This document shows positions 37,183 to 47,842 of a stretch of 64,000 nucleotides of DNA, piece after piece. Source of the stretch: an uncultured Rikenella sp. (GTDB lineage: Bacteria; Bacteroidota; Bacteroidia; Bacteroidales; VadinHA17); NCBI GenBank assembly GCA_964537135.1, contig CAZHZC010000006.1:6669-70668 (forward strand). The letters are read 5' to 3'. Position numbers and translations under genes: made by a program. Within the stretch, counting starts at the first letter, position 1; every line of letters begins with the position of its first letter. The notes under the pieces were generated by a model that saw nothing but the letters and a program-made list of their open reading frames with translations, searched no databases and was not told where the DNA came from.

Positions 37183-38586
37183 ATGATGAAAGAGCTTATA
37201 CGGAACAGATACTTTAAATTTGGAGTAGCCGGAGTACTCTATCTGCTGTGGGTCATTTGGGTGGGTAACTTCTGGCTGCTGCTCGGGCTGCCGGTGCTGT
37301 TTGATATCTATGTGACCCGTAAGGTCAACTGGGCATTCTGGAAAAAACGTCATGGCAAAAACAATGTCATTATTGAATGGCTTGATGCACTGATATTTGC
37401 TGTGATAGCGGTGACGCTGATAAATATTTTTCTCTTTCAAAACTACCGGATACCAACTCCTTCTATGGAGAAGACACTGCTGGTGGGTGACCATCTGGCA
37501 GTGAGCAAGGTGGCCTATGGCCCGCGTATGCCCAACACTCCGTTGGCCTTCCCCTTTACACAGCATACCCTGCCACTCTCCGGAGGAAAGGCGAAGTCGT
37601 GGTCAAACCTTATAAACTGGAAATACAAGAGACTGAAGGGTTTTGGCCATGTGAAGAACAATGATATTGTGGTCTTTAACTTCCCGGCAGGAGACACCGT
37701 CTGCCTCGAGCTGCAGGCAGTGAGCTACTATGAGATACTGCGCGAGCGGATGGAGATGCTCAATGCCGAAGATATCAGGGCCGGCAAACCGCTCAGAAGC
37801 AGGGATCAGTACTATGCCGAGGCGCGTGGGATGATCTGGAATGAGTATACCGTGATATACAGACCGGTTGACCGTCGTGATAACTATGTCAAGAGATGTG
37901 TAGGTATTCCCGGTGATACCATCACGATAAGAGGGGGTGAGCTCTTTGTCAATGGCAAAGAGGCTAAGGAGCATGAGACACAGCAGACATCATACTATGT
38001 ACGAACCAATGGTACCCGGATAAACCCCAAGGCCTTTGAGAGGATGGGGGTCTCAAAGGCTGACCAGTCGCTTATGCTCTCGGGAACAGTCTACCGGCTG
38101 CCGCTGACACGAAAGAATGCTGAGACAATAGCAGGGTTTGCAAATGTGACCGGGCTGGAGGCTGACTACCGGAGACCGGGTGAATATTCACCGCCTGTGT
38201 TTCCCCATGACCCGCAGTACCGGTGGAATGAAGACCACTTTGGTCCTCTCTGGATACCGGAGATGGGAGCCACCGTCAAGCTTGACATGACCAACATAAG
38301 CATCTACTCATCAATAATAGGTATCTATGAAGGTAACCACCTGGAGGTGGCCGACTCGGTGATATATATCAACGGATCGCCGGCCGGCAGCTACACCTTT
38401 AAGATGGACTACTACTGGATGATGGGTGATAACAGGCACGACTCTGCCGACTCACGCTTCTGGGGCTTTGTGCCGGAAGATCATATCGTGGGACGACCCG
38501 TGCTGGTATGGCTCTCACTTGACAAGGAGGCACAGGGCCTCAGAAAGATCAGGTTTAACAGGTTCTTCAAGGGAGCAAAGAGATAG
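37183..38586 (+). CDS. lepB: Signal peptidase I (long Bacteroidota form)
   Basis: 467 aa with IPTPSMEKTLLVGDHL (catalytic Ser box), VKRCVGIPGD (Lys box) and GDNRHDSADSRFWGFVP. Confidence 0.92.
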   Translation: MMKELIRNRYFKFGVAGVLYLLWVIWVGNFWLLLGLPVLFDIYVTRKVNWAFWKKRHGKNNVIIEWLDALIFAVIAVTLINIFLFQNYRIPTPSMEKTLLVGDHLAVSKVAYGPRMPNTPLAFPFTQHTLPLSGGKAKSWSNLINWKYKRLKGFGHVKNNDIVVFNFPAGDTVCLELQAVSYYEILRERMEMLNAEDIRAGKPLRSRDQYYAEARGMIWNEYTVIYRPVDRRDNYVKRCVGIPGDTITIRGGELFVNGKEAKEHETQQTSYYVRTNGTRINPKAFERMGVSKADQSLMLSGTVYRLPLTRKNAETIAGFANVTGLEADYRRPGEYSPPVFPHDPQYRWNEDHFGPLWIPEMGATVKLDMTNISIYSSIIGIYEGNHLEVADSVIYINGSPAGSYTFKMDYYWMMGDNRHDSADSRFWGFVPEDHIVGRPVLVWLSLDKEAQGLRKIRFNRFFKGAKR

Positions 38587-38613
38587 CTCAATGCCGGGTT
38601 TTAAAATAAAAAA

Positions 38614-38631
38614 AGCGGGCCGAAACCCGCT
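38614..38631. terminator. Bidirectional intrinsic terminator between lepB and rplT
   Basis: Hairpin agcggg-ccgaaa-cccgct. The A-run on the plus strand upstream gives a U-run for the minus-strand rplT transcript. Confidence 0.5.
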
Positions 38632-38648
38632 CTCTCTGTCTACTCTCT

Positions 38649-38996
38649 CTACTCTTTCACTTTATCCACTATAGCCTTGAAGGCTTCCGGATGATTCATG
38701 GCCAGATCAGCCAGGGTCTTGCGGTTGAGGGTGATACCCTTCTTCTCAAGTCCGCCCATAAACTGTGAATAGCTCATACCATGAAGACGTGCACAGGCAT
38801 TGATACGCTGTATCCACAGTGCACGAAACTCACCTTTCTTGTTCTTGCGGTCACGATAGGCATAGGTCAGACCCTTCTCAAGGCGGTTTTTGGCCACGGT
38901 GTAAACATTGGCACCGCTGCCATAATAGCCTTTGGTCTGCTTTAATACCTTTTTCTTTCTTGCCTTTGATGCTGGTGCATTTTTTGCTCTTGGCAT
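38649..38996 (-). CDS. rplT: 50S ribosomal protein L20
   Basis: 115 aa, [26 protein letters not shown]... Confidence 0.98.
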   Translation of the reverse strand: MPRAKNAPASKARKKKVLKQTKGYYGSGANVYTVAKNRLEKGLTYAYRDRKNKKGEFRALWIQRINACARLHGMSYSQFMGGLEKKGITLNRKTLADLAMNHPEAFKAIVDKVKE

Positions 38997-39094
38997 TGGT
39001 TCTCTAATTTTCGGATGTAAGCGCCGGTAACGGACTTTGAGGCTTCACATCCCGGTTAATAATTGTGTTGATTAACTCAGACAGGTGACTCACA

Positions 39095-39292
39095 TTACTT
39101 CAGTCCGAGAAGATGCTTCACATTCTTCTCATCAGCCTTATCCACCAGTCCGCTATAGGTAAGATTCCTCTTACGCTTGGTTGACTTCTTGGTGAGTATA
39201 TGGCTCTTGTAAGCATGCTTGCGCTTGATCTTACCTGTACCGGTCAGCGTAAATCTCTTCTTTGCTCCCGGATTTGTCTTAATTTTTGGCAT
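39095..39292 (-). CDS. rpmI: 50S ribosomal protein L35
   Basis: 65 aa, [14 protein letters not shown]...[20 protein letters not shown]. Confidence 0.97.
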   Translation of the reverse strand: MPKIKTNPGAKKRFTLTGTGKIKRKHAYKSHILTKKSTKRKRNLTYSGLVDKADEKNVKHLLGLK

Positions 39293-39315
39293 TGTAACAG
39301 ATATATATGTAAAAA

Positions 39316-39888
39316 CTATTTTTTCTTCTTTGGTGAGAGTATGATGATCATCCTCTTACCTTCCAGTCTGGGGGTCTGGTCAACCTTTGCATACTCATCA
39401 AGATCTTCTACAAACCGTTGCAGCAGCTTCTCACCCTGCTCCTTGAAGAGGATTGACCTCCCCTTGAAAAATACATAGGCCTTCACTTTGGCACCCTCTT
39501 CCAGAAAGTTGATAGCATGCTTCAGCTTGAAGTCGTAGTCGTGGGCATCAGTATTGGGCCCGAAGCGTATCTCCTTTACCACTATCCTGGTGGTATTGGC
39601 CTTCATCTCCTTCTGCTTCTTCTTTTGCTGGTAAAGGAATTTTTGATAATCAATTATCTTACAGACAGGCGGCTCAGCATTGGGTGAAATCTCAACAAGA
39701 TCGAGTTCCATCTCGTCTGCAAGCCTCAGGGCCTCATTCAGACTCATGATCTGCGCCTCTATGTTGTCTCCCACAACCCTGACTGTTCTGGCTGTGATCC
39801 TGTTGTTTATCCGGTGTTCCGGTTCGGGCTTTCTTCCGGGCCTCGGCCTCGGCCTGGGCCTCGGTCTGGAATAGGTTGCTCTTGCTAT
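39316..39888 (-). CDS. infC: Translation initiation factor IF-3, probably starting at a non-AUG (AUA) codon
   Basis: The track ORF starts at GTG 39774 but lacks the conserved N-terminus. The frame stays open upstream to a stop at 39906..39904 and encodes ...[20 protein letters not shown] at 39888 is preceded by GGAGGA. Confidence 0.8.
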   Translation of the reverse strand: MARATYSRPRPRPRPRPGRKPEPEHRINNRITARTVRVVGDNIEAQIMSLNEALRLADEMELDLVEISPNAEPPVCKIIDYQKFLYQQKKKQKEMKANTTRIVVKEIRFGPNTDAHDYDFKLKHAINFLEEGAKVKAYVFFKGRSILFKEQGEKLLQRFVEDLDEYAKVDQTPRLEGKRMIIILSPKKKK

Positions 39889-39956
39889 AGTTTTGTCCTC
39901 CAGTTAAGTTAATACTATTTGATTATCAGTCGCTTCAATCTTGATTGTCAGCTGCT

Positions 39957-41897
39957 TCAATTACCTCTCTCCTCATTCATAACATCTCTGACCAGTTGAA
40001 CAAACTGTTCAGGCATCATTGTTCCCTTATCTCCTTCACCCTGCCTTCTGACAGAAACCGTACCCGCCTCAACCTCTTTTTCACCTATCACCAGGAGGTA
40101 TGGGATGCGCTTTAACTCATTATCCCTTATCTTTTTACCTACCTTTTCGTTCCTGTCATCAATCAGGGTGCGAATATCGGAATTATTAAGGAAATTTAAA
40201 ATAGTTTTTGCATAATCATTGAATTTTTCGCTTATAGGCAAAATCACCGCCTGGTCGGGTGCCAGCCATACGGGGAAGCGGCCGGCACTATTTTCAATGA
40301 GTATTGCAACGAAACGCTCCATAGAGCCAAATATTGCACGGTGTATCATCACCGGCTGATGCTTCCGGTTGTCACTGCCGGTATATTCAAGTCCGAACCT
40401 CTCAGGCAGGTTATAGTCAACCTGCACTGTCCCCAGCTGCCATTTGCGGCCTATGGCATCCCTGACCATAAAGTCAAGCTTCGGTCCGTAGAAGGCAGCC
40501 TCACCTATGGCAATGGTGGTGGCCAGACCCTTCTCACCGGCAGCCTCTATGATAGCCTGCTCAGCCTTCTTCCAGTTCTCATCACTGCCAATATATTTCT
40601 CACGCTGCGCAGGGTCACTGAGTGATATCTGTGCCGAATATTCGGTAAACCCTACTATGCCAAAGACATACTGTACCAGGTCAATAATACTTTTGAACTC
40701 ATCCTTGAGCTGGTCAGGCCTGCAGAAGTGATGGGCATCATCCTGGGTGAAGCTGCGCACGCGGGTGAGGCCGTGCAGCTCACCGCTCTGCTCATAGCGG
40801 TAGACAGTACCAAACTCGGCCATACGTACCGGCAGCTCACGGTATGAGTGAGGGGTGGCGCTGAAGATCTCACAGTGGTGCGGACAGTTCATCGGCTTGA
40901 GCATAAAGGTCTCACCCTCCTGTGGGGTGGCGATAGGCCTGAATGAGTCAGCACCATACTTCTCAAAATGACCTGAGGTCTTGTAGAGCTCTATGTTGCC
41001 GATGTGGGGTGTGGAGACCATACTGTAGCCCCGCTCTCTCAGTATCCTGGTCATGAAGTCGATAAGCCTCTGCTTCAGGTCAGCACCCTTGGGAAGCCAG
41101 AGAGGCAGCCCAAGACCTACCCTGGGGGAGAAGGTGAAGAGCTCCAGCTCCCTCCCTATACGACGGTGGTCACGCTTCCTCGCCTCCTCCAGCATCACCA
41201 TATACTCCTTGAGCATCGACTCTTTGGGGAAGGTGATACCATAGACACGGGTCATCATCTTACGCGTCTCATCACCACGCCAGTAGGCACCGGCAAGGCT
41301 GAGAACCTTGATAGCCTTGATGGCTGAGGTGTCAGGCAGGTGGGGACCGCGGCACAGATCGGTGAAGCCACCCTGACGGTAGAGGGTGATGGTGCCATCC
41401 TCAAGCTCTGAGATGAGCTCTGTCTTGTACTCATCACCCTTGGAGGCAAACAGCTCCATAGCATCCCGCTTGCTTATCTCACTGCGTACAATAGGACTGT
41501 TATGTGAGGCCAGCTCCTTCATCTTCTCTTCAATAAGAGGAAGGTCGCTATCAGTGATGACATGACCCTGACCGGGGTCAACATCATAGTAAAAGCCATT
41601 CTCAAGGGCAGGACCTATGCCAAACTTGGTGCCGGGCCACAGAACCTCAAGAGCCTCAGCCAGAAGGTGAGCTGAGGAGTGCCAGAAAGCATGCTTCGCC
41701 TCAGGATCATCCCACTTGTGAAGGGTGAGGGTAGCGTCAGTGGCCAGCGGACGTGTCAGGTCCCACAGCTCACCATTGACAGTGGCTGAATAGACCTCAG
41801 AGGCGAGCCGCGGACTGATGGAACGGGCAACCTCGTAGCTGGTGACTCCCTGATGGTATTCCCTTGTTGATCCGTCAGGAAAGGTTATGTTGATCAT
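39957..41897 (-). CDS. thrS: Threonine--tRNA ligase
   Basis: 646 aa with TGS, editing, class II core and anticodon-binding domains (HWSSAHLLA..., [12 protein letters not shown]). Confidence 0.97.
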   Translation of the reverse strand: MINITFPDGSTREYHQGVTSYEVARSISPRLASEVYSATVNGELWDLTRPLATDATLTLHKWDDPEAKHAFWHSSAHLLAEALEVLWPGTKFGIGPALENGFYYDVDPGQGHVITDSDLPLIEEKMKELASHNSPIVRSEISKRDAMELFASKGDEYKTELISELEDGTITLYRQGGFTDLCRGPHLPDTSAIKAIKVLSLAGAYWRGDETRKMMTRVYGITFPKESMLKEYMVMLEEARKRDHRRIGRELELFTFSPRVGLGLPLWLPKGADLKQRLIDFMTRILRERGYSMVSTPHIGNIELYKTSGHFEKYGADSFRPIATPQEGETFMLKPMNCPHHCEIFSATPHSYRELPVRMAEFGTVYRYEQSGELHGLTRVRSFTQDDAHHFCRPDQLKDEFKSIIDLVQYVFGIVGFTEYSAQISLSDPAQREKYIGSDENWKKAEQAIIEAAGEKGLATTIAIGEAAFYGPKLDFMVRDAIGRKWQLGTVQVDYNLPERFGLEYTGSDNRKHQPVMIHRAIFGSMERFVAILIENSAGRFPVWLAPDQAVILPISEKFNDYAKTILNFLNNSDIRTLIDDRNEKVGKKIRDNELKRIPYLLVIGEKEVEAGTVSVRRQGEGDKGTMMPEQFVQLVRDVMNEERGN

Positions 41898-42046
41898 AAA
41901 TAGTCTTATTTTTTAACAATCTGCAAAGATAATCTTTTTTGCAGCTTATGCCATAGAACCTGCTCTTTGTCAACCTAAGGGATCATGAAATTTTGTTTAT
42001 TGGCACAGATTTTGGAATTTGTAAGAGAGCACCAAAACCCATAGAG

Positions 42047-42736
42047 ATGAAGAGAGCACTAATCCTGGCAGCCGCAGCGGTGATGATCCTTGCAGGTTCA
42101 TGTCATCCGCTTCCTGAATCACGGTTCAGTACCAATAAGTTAAAGGTTCAACTGGGCGAAGTGGTTGAGTTCTATAACCGCTCAAACAATGCGGTGGAGT
42201 ATGAGTGGGATTTCGGTGACGGCACCTACTCAGTGAACTATGAACCTTCACACGCCTATCAGGCGTCAGGCATATTTACAGTGGTGCTGACCGTCTACTC
42301 AAGATCAGGCCAGATAGACAAGTCCTATCTTGACATAGAGGTGGTGGCACCCGTGATGCTCGAGGTGGAGGTGCTTGAATATTACGACTTCTACCCGGTA
42401 GCCGGCGCCAGTGTTATTCTCTATCCCACTGAAAAGGACTGGGACAATGAAACCAATGGCCTTGTGGAGGGGTTCACCAATGCATCGGGTAAGGTGATCT
42501 TTACAGATCTTGAACCCAGGGTATACTATATAGATGTGTGGCACGAGACACACAATAACTATACCCTGAGGGCTGAGGATGTGGGTTTTATCAGGACTGA
42601 CAGACTCACTGCTGATCAGCTTAACCACTTCATAGCCTTTGTCGATTATATTGGGGAGAAGGGCACACAGGCACGTGGCAGCAGAACACCGGGCATCCTG
42701 AAAAACAGGAGCGTGCCAACAACAGCAAAAAAGTGA
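42047..42736 (+). CDS. PKD-domain lipoprotein with a CarboxypepD_reg-like C-terminal domain
   Basis: Lipoprotein signal MKRALILAAAAVMILAGSC from ATG 42047. PKD signature WDFGDG...H.Y...G.FTV.L.V. Confidence 0.7.
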   Translation: MKRALILAAAAVMILAGSCHPLPESRFSTNKLKVQLGEVVEFYNRSNNAVEYEWDFGDGTYSVNYEPSHAYQASGIFTVVLTVYSRSGQIDKSYLDIEVVAPVMLEVEVLEYYDFYPVAGASVILYPTEKDWDNETNGLVEGFTNASGKVIFTDLEPRVYYIDVWHETHNNYTLRAEDVGFIRTDRLTADQLNHFIAFVDYIGEKGTQARGSRTPGILKNRSVPTTAKK

Positions 42737-42790
42737 GTGCCACAGGTAGTGAAAACTGATCATCAGTGAATCAGGTTTGATATAATTTTT

Positions 42791-42798
42791 TAAGTTTG
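42791..42798 (+). promoter_or_regulatory. Candidate -7 box (TAnnTTTG) for the symporter gene
   Basis: taagtttg lies 30 nt upstream of ATG 42828. Confidence 0.3.
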
Positions 42799-42827
42799 CC
42801 TGATGCTAACCTAATCTGTACCACTTC

Positions 42828-44561
42828 ATGGATACAAAATTTGCGCTTCATGGAATAGACTACCTGATAATGGCGGTCTATTTTGTCTTTGTGCTGGGCA
42901 TAGGATGGGTCCTGAGAAAATATATGAAAGATGCCTCCGCCTTCCTGGAGGCGGGACGCTCAATGCCTGCCTGGGTGGCCGGACTGGCATTTATCTCCAC
43001 CAACCTGGGAGCACTGGAGGTGATGGGAATGACTGGGTCAGGACTGAAATATGGTATGCTGACCACACACTTCTACTGGATAGGGGCTATTCCTGCAATG
43101 GTCTTCCTGGCGATCTTTATGATGAGATTCTACTACGGATCAAAAGCCAGGTCAGTACCGGAGTATCTGAAGCTGAGATTCAATGAGAAGACACGCGCAC
43201 TCAATGCCGGACTCTTCGCACTGATGACGGTGCTGGCCTCAGGGATCTCAATGTATGCACTGGCAATACTGCTCGAGAATGTGCTGGGGTGGAACTTCAA
43301 CCTGTCACTGCTGGCCTCGGCTGGTATAGTTCTGATATATACCTACCTGGGCGGACTATCCTCAGCCATATACAATGAGGTGCTGCAGTTTTTTATTATA
43401 ATCATAGGGCTGATGCCAATGGCCATCCTGGTGATGATTGACGTAGGAGGGTGGGGAGGAATGCAGCAGAGCCTGGCACCGATAGTAGAGAGCAAGGGGT
43501 TTGCAGCTGACACATGGACAACCACCTGGAAATATACAGCATCGGCAGGAGCCAACCCGATGGGGGTAGAGTGGTATGGCATATTTGCCGGACTGGGATT
43601 TGTACTCTCATTCGGATACTGGTGTACCAACTTCCTGATAGTACAGCGAGCCATGTCAGCCGAGTCAATGACAGCAGCACGTAAGGTGCCCCTGATAGGT
43701 GCAATACCGAAGATGTTCATACCATTCCTGATAATAATTCCGGGAGTAGCTGCACTGGTGCTGATGAACAACCCGATCAAGGGGTTTGCGCTGCCACTCA
43801 ATGAGATAGGAGAGCCGATCTACGACTACACAATCATAATGCTGCTCAAGCAGTACCTGCCGGCCGGGGTGCTCGGACTGGGTATTACCGCACTGCTGGC
43901 ATCATTCATGTCAGGTATGGCAGGAAACGTGTCAGCCTTCAATACCGTATGGACATATGATATCTACCAGACCTATATAAGACCGGCGACAGGTGTGAAG
44001 GATGCCGATGAGCGGCACTACCTGAAGGTGGGAAGGATGGCAACCATAGTAGGGGTGCTGGTGAGTATAGCAGCTGCATACATAGCCAGCAAGTTCGGGA
44101 ATATTATGGACTTCCTGCAGACAGTCTTCTCAATGATCAATGCGCCACTCTTTGCAGTCATATTCCTGGGTATGTTCTGGAAACGGTCAACAGGTAATGC
44201 TGCCTTTACCGGACTGCTGGCAGGCTTTCTGGTGGCGCTGCTGCACCACGGAGTGACAATGCCGGCAGGGGCTGTCACACTGGTGAAGGGCGGATGGACA
44301 GGAGTGATACTGCATACCTACCCGGTGGAGATGGCGCAGAACTTCTGGACAGCCATATTTGCATTCTCATCGGCGGCACTGCTCACCGTAACCATCTCGC
44401 TCCTCTCAAGGCGTGAGAAGAGTGATGAGGAGCTTAACGGACTGGTTTACTCCATGACACCCAGGCTCGATGACAGCGGGGTGAAGTGGTACAGCAGACC
44501 CTGGTTCCTCGCACTGATCGTGGGCCTTATAATGATTACACTCTCAATAATCTTCTGGTAA
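42828..44561 (+). CDS. Sodium:solute symporter (SSS) family transporter
   Basis: 577 aa with about 13-14 TM helices and SSS-type N-terminus (...DYLIMAVYFVFVLGIGW...GRSMPAW). Confidence 0.85.
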   Translation: MDTKFALHGIDYLIMAVYFVFVLGIGWVLRKYMKDASAFLEAGRSMPAWVAGLAFISTNLGALEVMGMTGSGLKYGMLTTHFYWIGAIPAMVFLAIFMMRFYYGSKARSVPEYLKLRFNEKTRALNAGLFALMTVLASGISMYALAILLENVLGWNFNLSLLASAGIVLIYTYLGGLSSAIYNEVLQFFIIIIGLMPMAILVMIDVGGWGGMQQSLAPIVESKGFAADTWTTTWKYTASAGANPMGVEWYGIFAGLGFVLSFGYWCTNFLIVQRAMSAESMTAARKVPLIGAIPKMFIPFLIIIPGVAALVLMNNPIKGFALPLNEIGEPIYDYTIIMLLKQYLPAGVLGLGITALLASFMSGMAGNVSAFNTVWTYDIYQTYIRPATGVKDADERHYLKVGRMATIVGVLVSIAAAYIASKFGNIMDFLQTVFSMINAPLFAVIFLGMFWKRSTGNAAFTGLLAGFLVALLHHGVTMPAGAVTLVKGGWTGVILHTYPVEMAQNFWTAIFAFSSAALLTVTISLLSRREKSDEELNGLVYSMTPRLDDSGVKWYSRPWFLALIVGLIMITLSIIFW

Positions 44562-44578
44562 CCTGAAAAACTGATGCC

Positions 44579-44791
44579 ATGCTCGATATAAGATTTCCGA
44601 TAGGATTGATGTTCACCATAGTGGGACTTATCATTACCATCTACGGATTAGTGACACATGGTGAGGCGATGTATGCCATGTCACTCAACATAAATGTCAA
44701 TCTGCTCTCAGGGCTGGGCACCCTTATCTTCGGAGTGGTGATGTTACTCTTCTCTGACCCTGTCAGGAAGAGAAAGAGGAGGAGAAACTGA
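44579..44791 (+). CDS. Small two-TM membrane protein downstream of the symporter
   Basis: 70 aa with two hydrophobic helices and a KRKRRRN tail, 17 nt after the symporter stop. No family recognised. Confidence 0.4.
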   Translation: MLDIRFPIGLMFTIVGLIITIYGLVTHGEAMYAMSLNINVNLLSGLGTLIFGVVMLLFSDPVRKRKRRRN

Positions 44792-44833
44792 GAGGCAGCG
44801 GCACTGCAGCCCTGCCTCACCCGGAATGGTAAG

Positions 44834-44918
44834 GCTGTCATATCAGAGGCGCGAAGAGCTGTCATGCCAGAGGTGCGCAGAGCGCTCTCATTCCAAAGGC
44901 GCGAAGGGCTCTGATCAG
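44834..44918. repeat. 24-26-bp tandem repeat, about 3.4 copies, abutting the lysA stop
   Basis: gctgtcatatcagaggcgcgaaga / gctgtcatgccagaggtgcgcagagc / gctctcattccaaaggcgcgaagg / gctctgatcag. Confidence 0.8.
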
Positions 44919-46054
44919 ATAAAGAGAGAAGGGGGCAGCGGGCGCAGGTTATACCTCGAGGCCATCACCTCACCATAGGCACCGGCAGAACGGATAGCCA
45001 CCAGGTCACCACGACGTGTCTCAGGTAACAGTATATGCCTTCCGAAAGTGTCAGTGGTCTCACATACCGGACCCACAACCGTATATCTCATCTCATCTCC
45101 CTCAGAGGTGAGGTTCTCAATACGGTGAGTGGCATTGTAGAGTGCCGGCCTGATCAGCTCGGTCATGCCGGCATCAAGTATCACAAAGGTCTCCAGCGGC
45201 CCCGGCTTGACATAGAGTACCCTTGAGATAAGCGATCCACATCCGGCCGTCAGTGAGCGTCCCAGCTCAAACGAGATGGTACTCTCTATCTTCTCATCAA
45301 GGTGTTTACTGAATATGTCAAAGTAGGAGGCGAACGGAGGGAACTGCTCAGGATCATCATAACTGACACCCAGCCCCCCTCCAACATTGATATCGTCAGG
45401 CTCAAGGCCCCTGACCTTCAGCCAGTACCACAGCTCATTGATCTTGTTGCACAGGTTACGGAACACCTGCAGGGAGGTGATCTGTGACCCTATATGAAAG
45501 TGGACGCCACGGTAGCGGAGGTGATCAAGCTCACCCAGCAGTGTGATCACCTTCTCAAGGTCAGAGACCCTGATACCAAATTTGTTCTCATCAGTGCCGG
45601 TGGTAATATTTTTGAGGGTGAGTGCTTCAACATTGGGGTTTATACGCAGTGCCACCGGCGCCACCTTACCCATCCGGCCGGCTATCTCATTGATAACCTC
45701 AAGCTCCCCGACCGACTCAACATTGAAACACTTTATGTTGTTGGTGAGGGCCAGCTCAATCTCACGGTCACTCTTGCCCACCCCGGCAAAGAGGGTCTGG
45801 CCGGCAGGGAAGCCGCAGGCAATGGCATGCTCAACCTCATAGCCGCTGACACAGTCAGCCCCCAGGCCATACCCTGCAATAACCTTCATTATCTCAGGAT
45901 TGAAATTGGCCTTGACAGCATAATGGAGATGAAAACCTCTGCTGGCAGCCTCACCGGAGGCTACGGCAAGGGTCTCATTGAGCCGGTCAAGATCATAATA
46001 GTAGAACGGGGTCTGATGACCTGACAGCTTTTCAATTATCTCTTTACTGATCAT
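44915..46054 (-). CDS. lysA: Diaminopimelate decarboxylase
   Basis: 379 aa with TPFYYYD, the PLP lysine context YAVKAN, and ...GGGLGV... Confidence 0.9.
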   Translation of the reverse strand: MISKEIIEKLSGHQTPFYYYDLDRLNETLAVASGEAASRGFHLHYAVKANFNPEIMKVIAGYGLGADCVSGYEVEHAIACGFPAGQTLFAGVGKSDREIELALTNNIKCFNVESVGELEVINEIAGRMGKVAPVALRINPNVEALTLKNITTGTDENKFGIRVSDLEKVITLLGELDHLRYRGVHFHIGSQITSLQVFRNLCNKINELWYWLKVRGLEPDDINVGGGLGVSYDDPEQFPPFASYFDIFSKHLDEKIESTISFELGRSLTAGCGSLISRVLYVKPGPLETFVILDAGMTELIRPALYNATHRIENLTSEGDEMRYTVVGPVCETTDTFGRHILLPETRRGDLVAIRSAGAYGEVMASRYNLRPLPPSLFI

Positions 46055-47381
46055 TATCTTCAGGAAATAGTTTACTGTTGAGTGCTCTGAGAGCAGTTAT
46101 CTTGTCACTGGTGTTGATGAGTATCGATGCACTGTTCTCACTGCCACCGTAAGAGATCATCTTGACCGGGATCTCATTGAGCGCCTCAAACATCTCAGGG
46201 GCTGACCCTACACGGTCAGGCCTGAAGTCGCCCACCACACATATTATTGACTGCTCACGGTCAACCTCAACAAACCCCATGACACTGAGTGCCCTGACAA
46301 TATCATCAAGATGGGTGGGGTCATCAATGGTGAGTGAGACAGATACCTCTGAGGTGGAGATCATATCTATGGGTGTCCGGTAGGTCTCAAACACCTCAAA
46401 TATACGCCGCATGAAACCGTAGGCAAGGAGCATGCGGTCAGATCGTACCCTGATGGCTGTCACCCCATCCTTGGCCGCAATCGCCTTGTAGTCTTCCAGC
46501 GGGGCCGAGGAGGAGATCAGGGTACCCTCGTCGGCAGGATCAAGCGTGTTCTTGATCCTTACGGGTATGTTCATGAGCCTGGCAGGGTTGATACTGGAGG
46601 GGTGAAGGATCTTGGCACCAAAATAGGCCAGCTCGGCAGCCTCATCAAAGGAGAGGCTCCTGATCACCCTGGTGTTGTCTACATACCTGGGGTCATTATT
46701 GTGCAGGCCGCTGATGTCTGTCCAGATCTCAACCTCCTCAACCCTCTCACGCCCCAGGGCAGCACCAATGATGGTGGCACTGTAGTCGCTGCCGCCACGC
46801 CGCAGGTTATCTGTCTCACCAAAGACGTTACGACAGATAAACCCCTGGGTGATAATAATTTTTTCATTGCTGACAGCCTGCAACTCACGCTGCAGGTTCT
46901 CCCTGATATAGTAGTAGTCGGGCTCACCATCCTTGTCAATTCTCATAAAGCTGAGCGCCGGAATGACCAGTGACGCTATACCCTCCTCTGAGAGCAGCAG
47001 GTGAAGCAGGGTGGTGGAGATCAGCTCACCCTCAGCCAGTATCTCCTTCTCACTCTGACTGGTATATCTGCCCGACAGGAGTGTGGCAACTCCGTTGAAG
47101 TGATCATCAATGCAACGATGAGCCCGCCCCCTGATCTCATCTGTAACAAAGAGCTCGTCAGCAAGAAGGTGATAATCGCTACGTAACCTCTCCGAGACCC
47201 CGTGGGCAGCATCGCACCTGCCAGAGGCAAAAAGAGCCGATACCTCTGCCTGAATATTGGTGGTGCCGGCAATGGCCGAGAGAACAACGATCTTCTGATG
47301 ACCGTCATTTATAATGGGGATCAGTGACCTGAAACGGGCCGGACTCCCTATTGAACTCCCTCCGAATTTGTAAACCTTCAT
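46044..47381 (-). CDS. lysC: Aspartate kinase
   Basis: From ATG 47381: MKVYKFGGSSIG. Amino-acid kinase fold plus C-terminal ACT domains. Overlaps the lysA start by 11 nt. Confidence 0.9.
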   Translation of the reverse strand: MKVYKFGGSSIGSPARFRSLIPIINDGHQKIVVLSAIAGTTNIQAEVSALFASGRCDAAHGVSERLRSDYHLLADELFVTDEIRGRAHRCIDDHFNGVATLLSGRYTSQSEKEILAEGELISTTLLHLLLSEEGIASLVIPALSFMRIDKDGEPDYYYIRENLQRELQAVSNEKIIITQGFICRNVFGETDNLRRGGSDYSATIIGAALGRERVEEVEIWTDISGLHNNDPRYVDNTRVIRSLSFDEAAELAYFGAKILHPSSINPARLMNIPVRIKNTLDPADEGTLISSSAPLEDYKAIAAKDGVTAIRVRSDRMLLAYGFMRRIFEVFETYRTPIDMISTSEVSVSLTIDDPTHLDDIVRALSVMGFVEVDREQSIICVVGDFRPDRVGSAPEMFEALNEIPVKMISYGGSENSASILINTSDKITALRALNSKLFPEDNDQ

Positions 47382-47583
47382 ATCTGAGGCTGTCAGTGAT
47401 ACTATACCGGCCAATCACCGGTTTTGGGGAACAAATATATATAAAAGTAAAATCTGTAATTAATTTTTTGCTCTTTCAGCTTAAGAGGTTTACCATAATT
47501 AAAAAAAAGGTTATTTTTGCACCCGCAATAACTGGTCAGGAAAGAGTGCATGAAGAATAAACTCAATAATGACCGGTGATGTG

Positions 47584-47667
47584 GCCCAGATGGCGAAATT
47601 GGTAGACGCGCTAGTTTCAGGGACTAGTGTCAGCAATGATGTGCAGGTTCGAGTCCTGTTCTGGGCA
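47584..47667 (+). tRNA. tRNA-Leu (anticodon CAG), type II with long variable arm
   Basis: Folded by hand: acceptor GCCCAGA/TCTGGGC, anticodon arm CTAGT-TTCAGGG-ACTAG, T-loop TTCGAGT. CCA is not encoded. Confidence 0.9.
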
Positions 47668-47749
47668 CAGGAGAAGTGAGGAATTCATTACTCAGTGTAT
47701 AGACCGGATTATCGTTTAATACTCTGGGTAATTGATTCTGAAGCAATCT

Positions 47750-47833
47750 GCCCAGATGGTGGAATTGGTAGACACGCCAGCTTGAGGGGCTGGTGCCGGC
47801 AACGGTGTGCAAGTTCGAGTCTTGTCCTGGGCA
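47750..47833 (+). tRNA. tRNA-Leu (anticodon GAG), type II
   Basis: Acceptor GCCCAGA/CCTGGGC (one A-C mismatch), anticodon arm CCAGC-TTGAGGG-GCTGG, T-loop TTCGAGT. Confidence 0.88.
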
Positions 47834-47842
47834 CAAAAAAAT

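Noticed and set aside
47382-47583. Possible lysine riboswitch (L-box) upstream of the aspartate kinase-lysA operon
   Set aside because: I read the minus-strand leader and found only a short ACCGG...CCGGT hairpin. I could not recognise the conserved L-box core helices. A covariance-model scan would be needed, so this is not claimed.
47630-47836. 68-aa minus-strand ORF and 76-aa plus-strand ORF (47695..47925) overlapping the tRNA-Leu genes
   Set aside because: They span two well-folded tRNA genes and the terminator, so they are spurious.
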